DNA of 64,000 bases from positions 672,001-736,000 of the forward strand of contig CAXNJO010000001.1 of the NCBI GenBank assembly GCA_964202905.1, given 5' to 3'. Both the position numbers and the translations under genes were made by a program. Origin of the DNA: Polyangiales bacterium (GTDB taxonomy: Bacteria; Myxococcota_A; Polyangia; Polyangiales; JADJQN01). The number at the start of each line of letters is the position of its first letter. Position 1 is the first letter of the stretch. The notes beneath the pieces are model-generated. The model did no database searches. It was given only the letters and a program-made list of their open reading frames with translations, and was not told where the DNA came from. Shown here one piece after another: positions 43,043 to 53,033 of the stretch.

Positions 43043-44472
43043 CCCGCGCCGCGAGCCCCGCGGCCGTCGAGCGTGCCTTGATCGAGATGGACGCTGCGTT
43101 GCCGAGCGGCGCGGTGCTGCGCGACGCCGACGTGCTCGCCGCGTACGCGCACGACGAGAGCGAGACGACGCCGTGCACGCCGGACGCCGTCGTGCGTGCG
43201 GGGAGCACGGCGGAGGTCGCGGCGGTGCTGCGCGCCGCGCACGCGCACGGCGTCCCCGTCACGCCGCGTGCGGGCGGCACGGGCCGTGTCGGCGGCGCGG
43301 TGCCGGTCGCGGGCGGGATCGTGCTCAGCGTCGAGCGCATGCGCGACGTGAAGGGCGTCGAGCGCGACGAGCTGCTCGCGGTCGCGGGGCCGGGCGTGGT
43401 GTTGCAGACGCTCCACGAGACGGTCGAGCGCGAGGGGCTCTTCTATCCGCCGGACCCCTCGTCGCTCGCCTCGTGTCGGCTCGGCGGCAACGTCGCGGCC
43501 AACGCGGGCGGGCCGCGCGCCTTCAAATACGGCACGACGCGCGACTTCGTGCTCGGCCTGGAGGCCGTCACCGCGGACGGCACCGTGCTCCAGCTCGGGC
43601 GCCGCACGCGCAAGGGCGTGACGGGCTACGACCTCACCGGGCTCGTCGTCGGCAGCGAGGGCACGCTCGCCGTTGTCACCGAGGTCACGCTGCGTCTCGT
43701 GCCGCTGCCCGAGCGTGTCGCGACGCTGCTCGTGCTCCTGCGCGACGTGCACGCCGCCGCGCGCGCGGTGAGCGCGATCGTGGCGCGGCGCGTGGTTCCG
43801 CGCTGCCTCGAGCTGCTCGACGCGGCGACGCTCGAGATCCTGCGCCCGGCGACCTCGCTGCCGCTCGATCCGCGCGCGGGGGCGCTGCTCCTCGTCGAGC
43901 TCGACGGCGGCGACGCGACGCTCGACGCCGAGCTCGCCACGATCTCGGCCGCGCTCGACGATCTTGGCGTGCTCGACGTGCTCGTCGCGAAGAGCGAGGC
44001 CGACCGCGCGCGGCTCTGGGCAGCGCGCCGCGACCTCAGCTACGCGACGCGCCGCATGGCCCGCTTCAAGCTCAGCGAGGACATCGTCGTGCCGCGCACG
44101 CGGCTGCCCGCGCTGCTCGAGGCCGTCGCGCAGATCGCCGAGCGCGAGCGGCTGCGCATGCCGGCCTATGGCCACGCGGGCGACGGCAACCTGCACGTCG
44201 CGCTGCTCTGGGACGCGCCCGAGGATCGGCCGCGCGTCGACCGCGCGATCGAGTCGCTGTTCCGCGCGACGGTCGCGCTCGGCGGCACGCTGAGCGGCGA
44301 GCACGGGATCGGCGTGCTGAAGGCGCCGTACCTCGGCCTCGAGCAGAGCGACGCGCTCATCGCGTTGCAGGAGCGGGTGAAGGCGACCTTCGACCCGCGC
44401 GGGATCCTCAACCCGGGCAAGGTCTTCCCCGCGCAGGCGGCGCGCTTCCCGCACACGCACGGCGGCTGCTGA
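43039..44472 (+). CDS. FAD-linked oxidase (GlcD / D-lactate dehydrogenase family)
   Basis: PDPSS, GGNVAANAGG..AFKYG, GYDLT..VGSEGTL, GHAGDGNLH, SGEHGIG and DPRGILNPGK. Confidence 0.92.
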   Translation: MTRAASPAAVERALIEMDAALPSGAVLRDADVLAAYAHDESETTPCTPDAVVRAGSTAEVAAVLRAAHAHGVPVTPRAGGTGRVGGAVPVAGGIVLSVERMRDVKGVERDELLAVAGPGVVLQTLHETVEREGLFYPPDPSSLASCRLGGNVAANAGGPRAFKYGTTRDFVLGLEAVTADGTVLQLGRRTRKGVTGYDLTGLVVGSEGTLAVVTEVTLRLVPLPERVATLLVLLRDVHAAARAVSAIVARRVVPRCLELLDAATLEILRPATSLPLDPRAGALLLVELDGGDATLDAELATISAALDDLGVLDVLVAKSEADRARLWAARRDLSYATRRMARFKLSEDIVVPRTRLPALLEAVAQIAERERLRMPAYGHAGDGNLHVALLWDAPEDRPRVDRAIESLFRATVALGGTLSGEHGIGVLKAPYLGLEQSDALIALQERVKATFDPRGILNPGKVFPAQAARFPHTHGGC

Positions 44473-44520
44473 CGCCGCCCGCCGGCGGTGAACCGCGGCG
44501 CGCACCGTGCGTCCTGGGGG

Positions 44521-44640
44521 TGTTGCAACGACGTTTCAGCAGTGCCGCGCGCGCGCCCGCATGCGCCGACAAAACAAGGTGAAACGATCGAACCAGCGTT
44601 TCAGCGGCGTTTCAGCGGCGTTGCAGCGACGTGGCCGCGA
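44521..44640. repeat. Degenerate 11-bp tandem repeat (CGTTTCAGCGG) between convergent genes
   Basis: Units at 44521, 44532, 44597, 44608, 44619 and 44630. Confidence 0.55.
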
Positions 44641-44647
44641 AGCGCCG

Positions 44648-46222
44648 TCAGGGCGCGACGTCGAGGCGGCGCCAGACGCTCCAGCGGGGGCCGCGGAAGA
44701 CGGGCTCGTAGAGCGTGCGGTCGGCGCCGACGCGCCCCGCGGGGCCGCGCACGAGCACGTACTCGTACCAGGCGAGGTCGCGGCGCGGGTCGACGCGCTC
44801 GGGTGTCCACTCCCAGCGCGGCTCGACACGCGGTGGCCGCCGATCTTCGCGGAAGCGGAACGGCGACTGCGGGAAGTCGGCGAACGTGAACATCACCGCG
44901 CCGCCCTTGTCGGCCTGGTACCAGGCGACGTAGTGGAGGAACGCGGCGAACTTCGTGTGTCGAGAGTGCTTGTCGACGATGAGCCCGGCGACGCGACGCG
45001 CGGGCGGGATCGCGGCGAGCGCGTCGTCGAACTCACCGACCTCCTCGCGCTCGAAGGCCGTGAAGCGCTCGCCCGCCTCCACGAAGCTGAGCACCGACAC
45101 GAGGGTGAGCGCGGCCGCGAGCAGCACACCCGCGGCGCGTCTCGGCGCGGGCAACACGGGCACGGCGAAGAGCAGCGCGAGGAGCGGGAAGCGCGCGCTG
45201 ATCGGCCAGATCCAGTCGTAGCCGGTGGGCGTCACGACGTAGAGCGCGAGGGCGAGCGGCGAGAGCACGGCGAGGCGTCGCGTGAGCGCGCCGCGCAGCG
45301 CGTCCTCGGCGGTGGGCGTGGGCTCGCCTGCGGCGGGTCGCGCGCCGAGCCCCACCGCGAACACGGCGAGCGCGAGCGTCGCGACGAAGAGCTGCGCGTC
45401 GCGCTCGCCCTGGAAGACGTCGGTGACCCAGCCGGGCAGATCGCGGAGCGCCTCGGAGGCCGTCGCGAAGGTGGGTTGCGGGCCCGCGTCGGGCTGGCCG
45501 AGCGCGGCCGTCGTCGTGGCCTGGCCCGCGGGCGAGCGCTGCGCCCAGACGAGCCCTGCGAGCCCTGCGGGCACGAGCGGCGCGAGGCGGAGCACCGACG
45601 CGCGGAGGCCGCCGCCGAGCGCGATCAGGGCCGCGCCGAGGCCGAGGAACGCGAACGGCACGACGTGCGTGTAGAAGATGACGAGCGCGATCGCGGCGAG
45701 CGCGAGGGCCCGGCCGCCCGTCGTGCGCTCACGCAGGCGCACGGCGAGGGCGAGGCCTGCGAGCGCGAGCGGGATCGCGGCGAGGAAGTTGAAGAAGCCG
45801 AGGATCAGGTGCGCGTTGTAGGCGAGCGGCAGCGCGAAGAGCGCGAGCTTCTCGTCGCGTCCGAGCGCGCGGAGCAGGGCGCGGAGCGCGAGCGGTGTGC
45901 CGGCGACGGCCGCGGTCACGAGCACGAGGTTCGCGTGCCGCACGCCGAGCGGGTACGCGAGCAGATCGGCCGTGAGGTAGTACGCGAGGTACTGCGTGCG
46001 CGAGAGCGTCAGCTCGAAGTACGGCGCGAGGCCGAAGGCCGGGTCGTGGAGCGAGTGCAGCACGCGGATGGCCGCGAGGTGCTGCGGGAGGTCCTCGATG
46101 GGCGGGTAGCGGACGAGCCAGAGCGGCACGACCGAGCCCGTGACGAGCGCGAGAAACACGAGCTCGAACGGCCACGCGGCGCGGCCGGCCAGTCTGCGGA
46201 GCTGAGCGGCGGCGCGTTTCAC
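44648..46222 (-). CDS. Polytopic membrane protein, probable GT-C-like glycosyltransferase
   Basis: P..DLPQHLA luminal motif after TM1, GFFNF, HVVPF and ARF. About 11 TMs plus a soluble C-terminal domain. Confidence 0.6.
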   Translation of the reverse strand: MKRAAAQLRRLAGRAAWPFELVFLALVTGSVVPLWLVRYPPIEDLPQHLAAIRVLHSLHDPAFGLAPYFELTLSRTQYLAYYLTADLLAYPLGVRHANLVLVTAAVAGTPLALRALLRALGRDEKLALFALPLAYNAHLILGFFNFLAAIPLALAGLALAVRLRERTTGGRALALAAIALVIFYTHVVPFAFLGLGAALIALGGGLRASVLRLAPLVPAGLAGLVWAQRSPAGQATTTAALGQPDAGPQPTFATASEALRDLPGWVTDVFQGERDAQLFVATLALAVFAVGLGARPAAGEPTPTAEDALRGALTRRLAVLSPLALALYVVTPTGYDWIWPISARFPLLALLFAVPVLPAPRRAAGVLLAAALTLVSVLSFVEAGERFTAFEREEVGEFDDALAAIPPARRVAGLIVDKHSRHTKFAAFLHYVAWYQADKGGAVMFTFADFPQSPFRFREDRRPPRVEPRWEWTPERVDPRRDLAWYEYVLVRGPAGRVGADRTLYEPVFRGPRWSVWRRLDVAP

Positions 46223-46330
46223 GGGGCCGCGAGCATAGCAGCCGCGCGTCGTGGTCCGCTGCGGGCGCCGGTCTGCGGCGTGGGCCGTGCGTCGCCGCGT
46301 GTGGTCCCTCGCGCGCCGCGGGCGCCGTCG

Positions 46331-47209
46331 CTACTCGAGCGCGTGCCCCGTCGCGAGCCGCGCCGCGCGCAGGTGGTTGCGGAAGCGCAGGCTCCCCGTG
46401 CGCGCGAGCGTCTCGCCGTAGAGCTCTTCGGCGCGCTGCAGATCGCCCGCGAGCCACGTGAGGCCCGCGCGCGCCTCGCCGCTGCGCACGCCGCCCGCGG
46501 CCGCGTACGCGTCGAGCGCGGCGGCGCGCTCCGCGGGGGCGGCAGTGTCGGCGCCGAGCGCGAGCCAGCCGTGGAACGCGCGGCGCTCGACGGGCGCGAG
46601 CTGCCACGTCGCGGCGAGCTGGCAGACGGAGTTCCAGCGCGCCTTGTACAGCGTGCGCAGCACGAAGCGCGGCGCGCGCAGCCGGCCGGCGCGCGTGACG
46701 CCGTAGCGCTCGACGGTGCGCGGAAAGCTGCCGACCACACGGTCGCGCGCCTCGCCGCGCGCGCGCGTCGCGAGCACCCGCTCGAAGTCCGCGACGGCCC
46801 GGGCCCGGAGCGCGAGCACGCCCGCTTCGCCGTGCGCGCGCTCGACGCCGAGCGCGGCGTTCCCGAGGCGCACGAAGCGCTCGCGGGCGTCGTTCGGCGT
46901 CTCGCCGGTGCCGACCTCCGCGAGGCCCTGCGCCGCGACGAGCTCCGTCAGCGCGCCGGCGGTCGCGTCCGTGGGCGCGCGGGATGCGGCGCGCGCGTCA
47001 TCGGCCTGCACGCGCGCGATCTGCGCAGGGTCGAGCACGAGCCCCGGCAGCTCACGCGGCTCGACCGCGCGGGGCAGTGCGAGGAGGGTGCCCGCGGCGC
47101 CGACGGCGGCGGCGAAGAGGATGACGCCGAGGCGCGTCGGCGAGAGGCGGCGCGGTGTGGCCGCAGCCGCCGCAGCCGGCGGGGCCGTCTTGACTTGGTG
47201 GGGGGTCAA
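46331..47209 (-). CDS. Hypothetical membrane-anchored helical protein
   Basis: One N-terminal TM (LGVILFAAAVGAAGTLLAL) followed by an Ala-rich helical, TPR-like region. Confidence 0.55.
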   Translation of the reverse strand: MTPHQVKTAPPAAAAAATPRRLSPTRLGVILFAAAVGAAGTLLALPRAVEPRELPGLVLDPAQIARVQADDARAASRAPTDATAGALTELVAAQGLAEVGTGETPNDARERFVRLGNAALGVERAHGEAGVLALRARAVADFERVLATRARGEARDRVVGSFPRTVERYGVTRAGRLRAPRFVLRTLYKARWNSVCQLAATWQLAPVERRAFHGWLALGADTAAPAERAAALDAYAAAGGVRSGEARAGLTWLAGDLQRAEELYGETLARTGSLRFRNHLRAARLATGHALE

Positions 47210-47247
47210 AGGTAGACGCCGGGTCCCTTCCGAGCGGAGCGTACACC

Positions 47248-47562
47248 GTGACTGGTCAGCGCGTACACGAGCGGTTCCCCATCCGAATCCCCGTGACGGT
47301 CGTCCACGAAGGGCGGTCCTTCGAGGCCGAGACCCGCAACCTCAGCCTCGGCGGCGCGTTCGTGGCGCTCGCGAGCGACGTCCCCTTCGGCGCCATCGTG
47401 CGCGCGCGGCTCCGTGTGCCCGCGTCGTCCGAACTCATCGACGTCGAGTCGACCGTGCGCTGGAAGCAGGCGGATGGACTCGGTCTCCAGTTCGGCAGCC
47501 TGCGCGCGCTCGAGACCTGGGCGCTCAACCAGCTCTTCAAGGCGCACGCCGCGGGCGGCTGA
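47248..47562 (+). CDS. Stand-alone PilZ domain (c-di-GMP receptor) protein
   Basis: QRVHER (RxxxR), NLSLGGAF (D/NxSxxG) and VRW…GLGLQF. Confidence 0.85.
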   Translation: MTGQRVHERFPIRIPVTVVHEGRSFEAETRNLSLGGAFVALASDVPFGAIVRARLRVPASSELIDVESTVRWKQADGLGLQFGSLRALETWALNQLFKAHAAGG

Positions 47563-47580
47563 GCGGCCTCGCCGCCTGCG

Positions 47581-47810
47581 CGTGAAACACGGTGTCGCCC
47601 GCGCGTGAAACACCGTGTCCCCCACGCGTGAAACACGGTGTCGCCTGCGCGTGAAACACCGTGTCGCCCGCGCGTGAAACATCGTGTCGCCCGCGCGTGA
47701 AACATCGTGTCGCCGCGGCGTGAAACACGGTGTCGCGGCGGCGTGACACGCGCTGCCGTGGTGGCGTGAAACGGGTGTCGCGGGGTCGTGAAACGCGGTG
47801 TCCGATCGGC
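47581..47810. repeat. Intergenic tandem array of about 10 x 23-bp units, consensus CGTGAAACACGGTGTCGCCCGCG
   Basis: Directly visible. The first 7 units are well conserved and the last 3 degenerate. Confidence 0.92.
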
Positions 47811-47815
47811 GCGCC

Positions 47816-50107
47816 TCAGTCGCCGACCTGCAGGCCGAGCGTGACGCCGAGCATGCCGCCGTCGTCGAAGTACGCGCCCTGCAGACCGATCGAGAGGCGC
47901 TCGGTCGGGCGCACCTCGCCGGTCACGTAGAAGCCCACGCGGTCGTCGATCCAGCGGCCGGTCGCGGGGTAGGTGACGACGCCGAGCCCGTAGCGGAACT
48001 GCACGTCCTCCATGTGCCGGACCATCGCGCCGTGCGCCGCGAGCATCCCGACGAGGCCGAGGCGGAAGGTCGTCGGGCCGAGCAGCGCGCCCGCGTCGAG
48101 GTAGCCCACCTCGAGGCCGAGCACCGGGAAGCCCGCGCGCAGGTGCCCGCCGACGCGCACGCGCAGGCGCTCCTCGACGACGCGCGGCAGGCCGTCGACG
48201 CGCGTCGCGGTCGAGAGCAGATCGCCGTAGAGCGCGAGGCCCGCGGCGAAGCGCGGCTCCTCGAGCTCGACCCAGGCCGTCGCGAAGCCGCCGCGCTCGT
48301 CGAGGTGCGTTCGGAGCGGCTCACCGACCACCGCGCGCGTCGTCGCCGCGATGAGCGCGCCTGCGCTCGCGCCGACCCCGAGTGTCCACGGGCCGCCGCC
48401 GAGCGGGCGCCGCGCGGCGTAGCGGAGCCAGCCGCCGAAGCCCTGCCGATCGAAGAGCGTGCTCGCGCCGCCGCAGCCGTCGATGACGACGTAGGACGTC
48501 GCGCCGCCCGCGAGCGCGAGGCCGACCCAGTGGCGGAAGTCGTGCCGCTCGGCGGCGTCGCGCGCGTCGGCGGGTGCCTCGAGTTCGCGCGGGAGCGTGT
48601 CCGTCGCGGGGGCGTCGGGGAGGGCGGGGAGCGACTCGGTGGCCGGGGCGTCGGGGATCGGCGGGAGCGTGCTCGCCGCGTGATCGTCGGGGGCCGGCCC
48701 GCTCGCGGGGGGCGGATCGGTGGGCGTGGCGAGCCCGAGGGCGCGGCGGCGCGCGCGCAGCGCCGCGAGCGGATCGCCGAGCGTACCGAGGCGCACGAGC
48801 AGCGCGCGGCGGTGATCGACCTCGTAGACCCAGCTGCGGCGCTCGTCGCGGCGCGGGGTCGCGCGCGGTCCATCGGCGCGCGCACCGTCGGGCTCGAAGG
48901 CGCGCGCGAGCACTGCGCCGAGCGGGATCGCGGCGAGCGCGAGCGCGACGAGCGGGGCGCCGAGCGCGGACAGTGCGCGCAGCGCCGCGGCGCGTGGAAA
49001 CGGGCGGATTCGCGTCGGACAGGGGCGCGTCGGCGACGCCGAGATGGGATGTGAAGAGGGGATGTCCGGCGAGGAGGGGATGGGCCGCGATGTGGGGATT
49101 CGCGGCCAGAATCCGATTGGGAGCGAAGAGGGCATCGGCAGCGCAGGCGCCGCGGCGAGCAGCGTCAGCACGTGGAGCTGGTGGAGAAACGGTGTCTGCG
49201 CGCCGTCCACGAGGACGCCTGCGAGCCACGCAGCGCCGAACACCGCCCAGCCCGCGCGCGTCGCGTCGTGCGCTGGGGTGACCGGCACCGCGTGCGGCGT
49301 GGCCGCGTCGTGCGAGGCCGCGTCGTGCGAGGCCGCGTCGTGCGTGGCCGTGCCGTCGTGCGCCGCGCGTCGGGCGCGTCGCTCGAGCACGAGGGCCGCG
49401 CCGAGCAGACCGAGCGCGCCGAGCGCGAACGCGCCCTGCAGCCGATCGAGCCCGGCGACCGCGCCGAGCTTCGCCCACCAGACGTTGATCATCGCGCGTG
49501 TGCCGTCGATCCCCGCGCGCACCGCGAGGTCGAAGGCGCCGGTCAGCGCGAGCACCGCGCCCTCCGAGCGCAGGCGCCGCGCGAGGGCGCCGAGCAGCGG
49601 TATCCAGAGCAGGAGGGCGAGCGACTCGTAGAGCGGAGAGGGGTGCACGCCGAGGCTCGTCGGCGCGTCCGAAGCGATGTGCCCGAGCGCGAGGTGCAGC
49701 GCGAAGGCGGCGGTGCCCGCCTCGTGGTGCACGGCCCAGGGCAGCGCGGTGGGCGTGCCGAAGCAGCAGCCCGCGACGAGGCAGCCGATGCGTCCCACGG
49801 CGACGATCAGGGTGAGCCCGAGCGCGAGCGCGACGAGCGGCGGGCGTCGCAACCCGAGCGCGCGCTGGGCCACGAGCCACGCGCCGACTCCCCCCGCGAG
49901 CGCGCCGATCACGCTCGGCAGGAGCGCGGCGCCGACCGAGGCGCCCGCGCCGAGCGCTGCCGTCGTGAGCAGCGCGTGGCGCCAACGCCAGCCGCGGCGC
50001 AGCCCCGCGCCGAACAGCGCGGCGACGAGCAGCGCCACCGGGAGCCGCCCGAAGATCGTCCACGCGTCGGGGTGCAGCGCGCTGCGCGCGAGGTCGGACC
50101 AGCTCAT
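47816..50107 (-). CDS. Lgt-like (prolipoprotein diacylglyceryl transferase family) membrane domain fused to a C-terminal beta-rich, barrel-like domain
   Basis: GRIGCLVAGCCFG.PT.LPW and HPSPLYES Lgt-family motifs, a Pro-rich linker, and C-terminal alternating strands ending GVTLGLQVGD. Start is MSWSD after an AAAGGAG RBS. Confidence 0.65.
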   Translation of the reverse strand: MSWSDLARSALHPDAWTIFGRLPVALLVAALFGAGLRRGWRWRHALLTTAALGAGASVGAALLPSVIGALAGGVGAWLVAQRALGLRRPPLVALALGLTLIVAVGRIGCLVAGCCFGTPTALPWAVHHEAGTAAFALHLALGHIASDAPTSLGVHPSPLYESLALLLWIPLLGALARRLRSEGAVLALTGAFDLAVRAGIDGTRAMINVWWAKLGAVAGLDRLQGAFALGALGLLGAALVLERRARRAAHDGTATHDAASHDAASHDAATPHAVPVTPAHDATRAGWAVFGAAWLAGVLVDGAQTPFLHQLHVLTLLAAAPALPMPSSLPIGFWPRIPTSRPIPSSPDIPSSHPISASPTRPCPTRIRPFPRAAALRALSALGAPLVALALAAIPLGAVLARAFEPDGARADGPRATPRRDERRSWVYEVDHRRALLVRLGTLGDPLAALRARRRALGLATPTDPPPASGPAPDDHAASTLPPIPDAPATESLPALPDAPATDTLPRELEAPADARDAAERHDFRHWVGLALAGGATSYVVIDGCGGASTLFDRQGFGGWLRYAARRPLGGGPWTLGVGASAGALIAATTRAVVGEPLRTHLDERGGFATAWVELEEPRFAAGLALYGDLLSTATRVDGLPRVVEERLRVRVGGHLRAGFPVLGLEVGYLDAGALLGPTTFRLGLVGMLAAHGAMVRHMEDVQFRYGLGVVTYPATGRWIDDRVGFYVTGEVRPTERLSIGLQGAYFDDGGMLGVTLGLQVGD

Positions 50108-50276
50108 CGCAGCTCCTTTTGGCTCACGGCGAGGATACGTCCAACGCAGCCGCGCCTGCGCCGACATCCACGCTCGGACTGCCGCCGATCGTGCGTCGAC
50201 GAGGGTGGGCAGTGTCTCGCAAGATGATGATCCAACGCGGTTTTTCGGCGGCCTGCGCGGGATGCATGGGAGTCCG

Positions 50277-52935
50277 TCAGGGGTGCGCCGAGAAGCCGCC
50301 GTCGATCCCGACGAGGCCCGCGCCGCGCACGGTGATCGTCACGTCCACCGCGCGTCCGGCCGCGTGCGGCGTCGCGATCGTGCGGTGTTCGACGCGCGTG
50401 CTCGACGCGCTCGGTACGTCGAACGTGTCGTGTCGCGCGCCGTCGATCGCGACCTCCACCGTGACGCCGCCGCGCTGACCGTCGGGCACGGCCCAGTCGA
50501 GGGTGAGCGTCGGGCCGCCCGCCACGCGTCTCCAGGTGGCGCTGCGCGGCTGACGTGCGCCCGTCGGCGCGAGCAGGAAGAGCGGCACGCGCGCGCCGCC
50601 GACGCGCGGTGGATCGCTGGTCGCGAGTCCGCTCAGGGCCTGCGTGCCGACGTCGAGGTGGCTGCACTCCCACGAGAGGTGCTCCCACGCGAGGAAGTCG
50701 CACGGCACGTCGCCCGCGCGCACGTCGGCGAGGCGCACGCCGCGCGGCGTCGCGAAGCGGAGGGGCGCGTCCGATTCGGTGTGCAGGCGCACCGCGCCCG
50801 CGACGAGGAGCGCCGTGACGAGCGCGGCGCCGAGGGCGAGCGCACGTCGCGGACGCAGCGCCGCGAGGCCGCGCGCGAGGGCCGAGAGCGTGGCCGCGGC
50901 GGGCAGCGCGAGGGCGAGCGCGACGAGCGGCGAGGCGGCGAGCGTGGGCGCCGCGGAGGTCGAGGCGGCGAGCGCCTGTGCGGGCCGTGTGAGCGCACCC
51001 GCGACGACGAGCGCCGTGAGCGCGAGCATGGCCGCGCCCGTGCGCGCCTCGCGGCGGAGCGCGACGACGAGGCCGGGCAGCGCGAGCACGAGGAGCGGCA
51101 CGAGCGCGCGCGTCGGACCGGGCTGCGCGATGAGCGCGCGCCCGAACCCTGCGGCGCGCGCCGCGGCGTCGAGGGCGGTGTCGCTGGTCGCGGGGCGGGG
51201 CACGTCGGCGCCGACGACGAGCGCGATCGCTCCGAGCGCCGCGAGCGCCGCGCCGCCGTGGGCCCAGCCCTCGCGCGCGCCCTGCGCCGGCGCGCGGTGC
51301 GAGCGCGACGAGCGCGACGGCGACGGCCGCGCAGAGCGCCGCGGCGAGGCCTGCGCCGCCTGCGCCGTGCGGGTCCCCGCGCAGGTGCACGAGCGCGTCG
51401 CGCATCCCCGGCAGCGCGAGCGGGATGAGCGCGGCGGTGGCCGCGGCCGCGGGCTCCGCGACCTTCGCGAGCGCGGCGGACGTCGCGGCGGCGAGCAGCG
51501 CCGCGAGCACGAAGCGCGCGCCCACATCGCCCTCGAGCATGGGCATCCCGTGCGCCCCGGCGCGCGTCAGCGCGAGCCAGCCGAGCGCGAGCGCGAACAC
51601 GGATGCGGGCACGGCGAGCCCGCGCGCGTGCCTCGGGGCGTGCAGCGATCGCACGAACGCCTGAAAAAACAAGGCGATGCGGCCATCGGCGCCCCGCGCG
51701 AATCCGTCGCGCAGGCCCCGCGCGAGCGTGCGCGCCGCGCCCGGGAGCCGCGCGCCGAACGCGCTCGCGAGCTCCAGCGACACCGCGAGCGCGGGCGCGA
51801 GGAAGCCGAGCGCGAGCCAGTGAAAGCGATCGCCCTCGAACACGTACTTCGCGAAGACGAGCAGGCTCGCGGCGGAGAGACCGAGGGCCGACGCGGCGTA
51901 CGCGGGCCGACGCGCGCAGAGCACGAGCAGGCCCGGCGCGGCGAGCGCGAACACCGCCGCGCGCTGCCGCAGCCCGTAGCCGCCGCGCCACGTGCGCCGC
52001 AATCCATCGCCGAGCGGGTGCGCGAAGGAGCCCGCGTTGTCGACGATCTGCGGCACGCCGTGCACGACCGCGAGGATGCGGTTGTAGCCCGTGAGCCAGG
52101 GCCGCCCGAACATCGCCCAGTTCACGAGCGCGCCCGCGACGAGCACGGCCGTGCCCCCGGCGAGCGCGCCCCCGAGCGCCCGCCACGCGAGCGCCCGCCA
52201 CGCGAAGGCCCCGCGCGCGTGCAGACGCGGGGAGGCGAGCAGCACCGCGCCGACGGGCGGCAGCAGCATCAGCGCCGTCGGCCGCATGAGCACCACGGCC
52301 CCGAGCAGCAGGCCGGCGGCGAACCCGCGCGTCTCCACGGCGCATGCCATCGCAGAGAGTCCCATCGCGAGGAGCAGCGGATCGACCTGATAGTCGTACA
52401 TCGTCTCGCGCGCCCCGGTCAGCCAGAGCAGCGCGAGCGCGGCGAGGGCGCTCGGTGCGGGCCCCGCGAAGGCGCGCGCGAAGCGGTACGCGAAGAGCCC
52501 CGCCGTGCCGTAGACGAGCGCGTTGAAGACGAGCGTGCCGAGCAGCCCGAGCGCCGCGAGCAGCGGCAGCGTCAGCAGCGGGAGGATCCACGTGTGCTTC
52601 GGGTAGAACTCGCCGCGCGCGCCGAGGGCGATGTTGCTCCAGCCCACGTCGAGCTCGCGGTTCCAGCCGAGCGTCCCCGAGTACCAGCTCCGCGCGAACG
52701 GCTGCTCGAGGCTCCCGCGCTCGAGCAGCGTCGTGCCGATGTTCACGTAGAAGCGCCCGTCGCGCTGGATCCACGTGCTCGGCACGTACAGCGCGGCCGC
52801 CTCGCACGCGACGAGCAGGCAGGCGAAGAGCCCGATCGCCCACGCGGCGCGCCGATCGTCCGCGCGGTGCGGGGAGGCACCCGGGGAGCGCGACGCAGCG
52901 GGGGACGGGACGGGCCGGAAGCGCGAGCGGAACAT
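50277..52935 (-). CDS. Large polytopic GT-C-like membrane protein with a C-terminal soluble domain (frameshift at ~51300)
   Basis: RDGRFY after TM1, YPKH..LP..TLP, and RPT/N…FGRP..TGY. ORF 50104-52935 is sensible up to ~51300 and ORF 50277-51527 continues it with TMs and a CDFLAW…WEC domain. Confidence 0.6.
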
Positions 52936-53033
52936 CGTCTCCGGGGACGCCGTGCTCCTGCAGGCGCGAGCGACGGGTCACGCTAGGCTGCGCCTCGCGG
53001 CCCTGTCAAGCAGCGCACACGCCCGCTCCACCC

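Noticed and set aside
47581..47810. Possible CRISPR array
   Set aside because: The units are contiguous 23-mers with no unique spacers, and there are no cas genes in the window.
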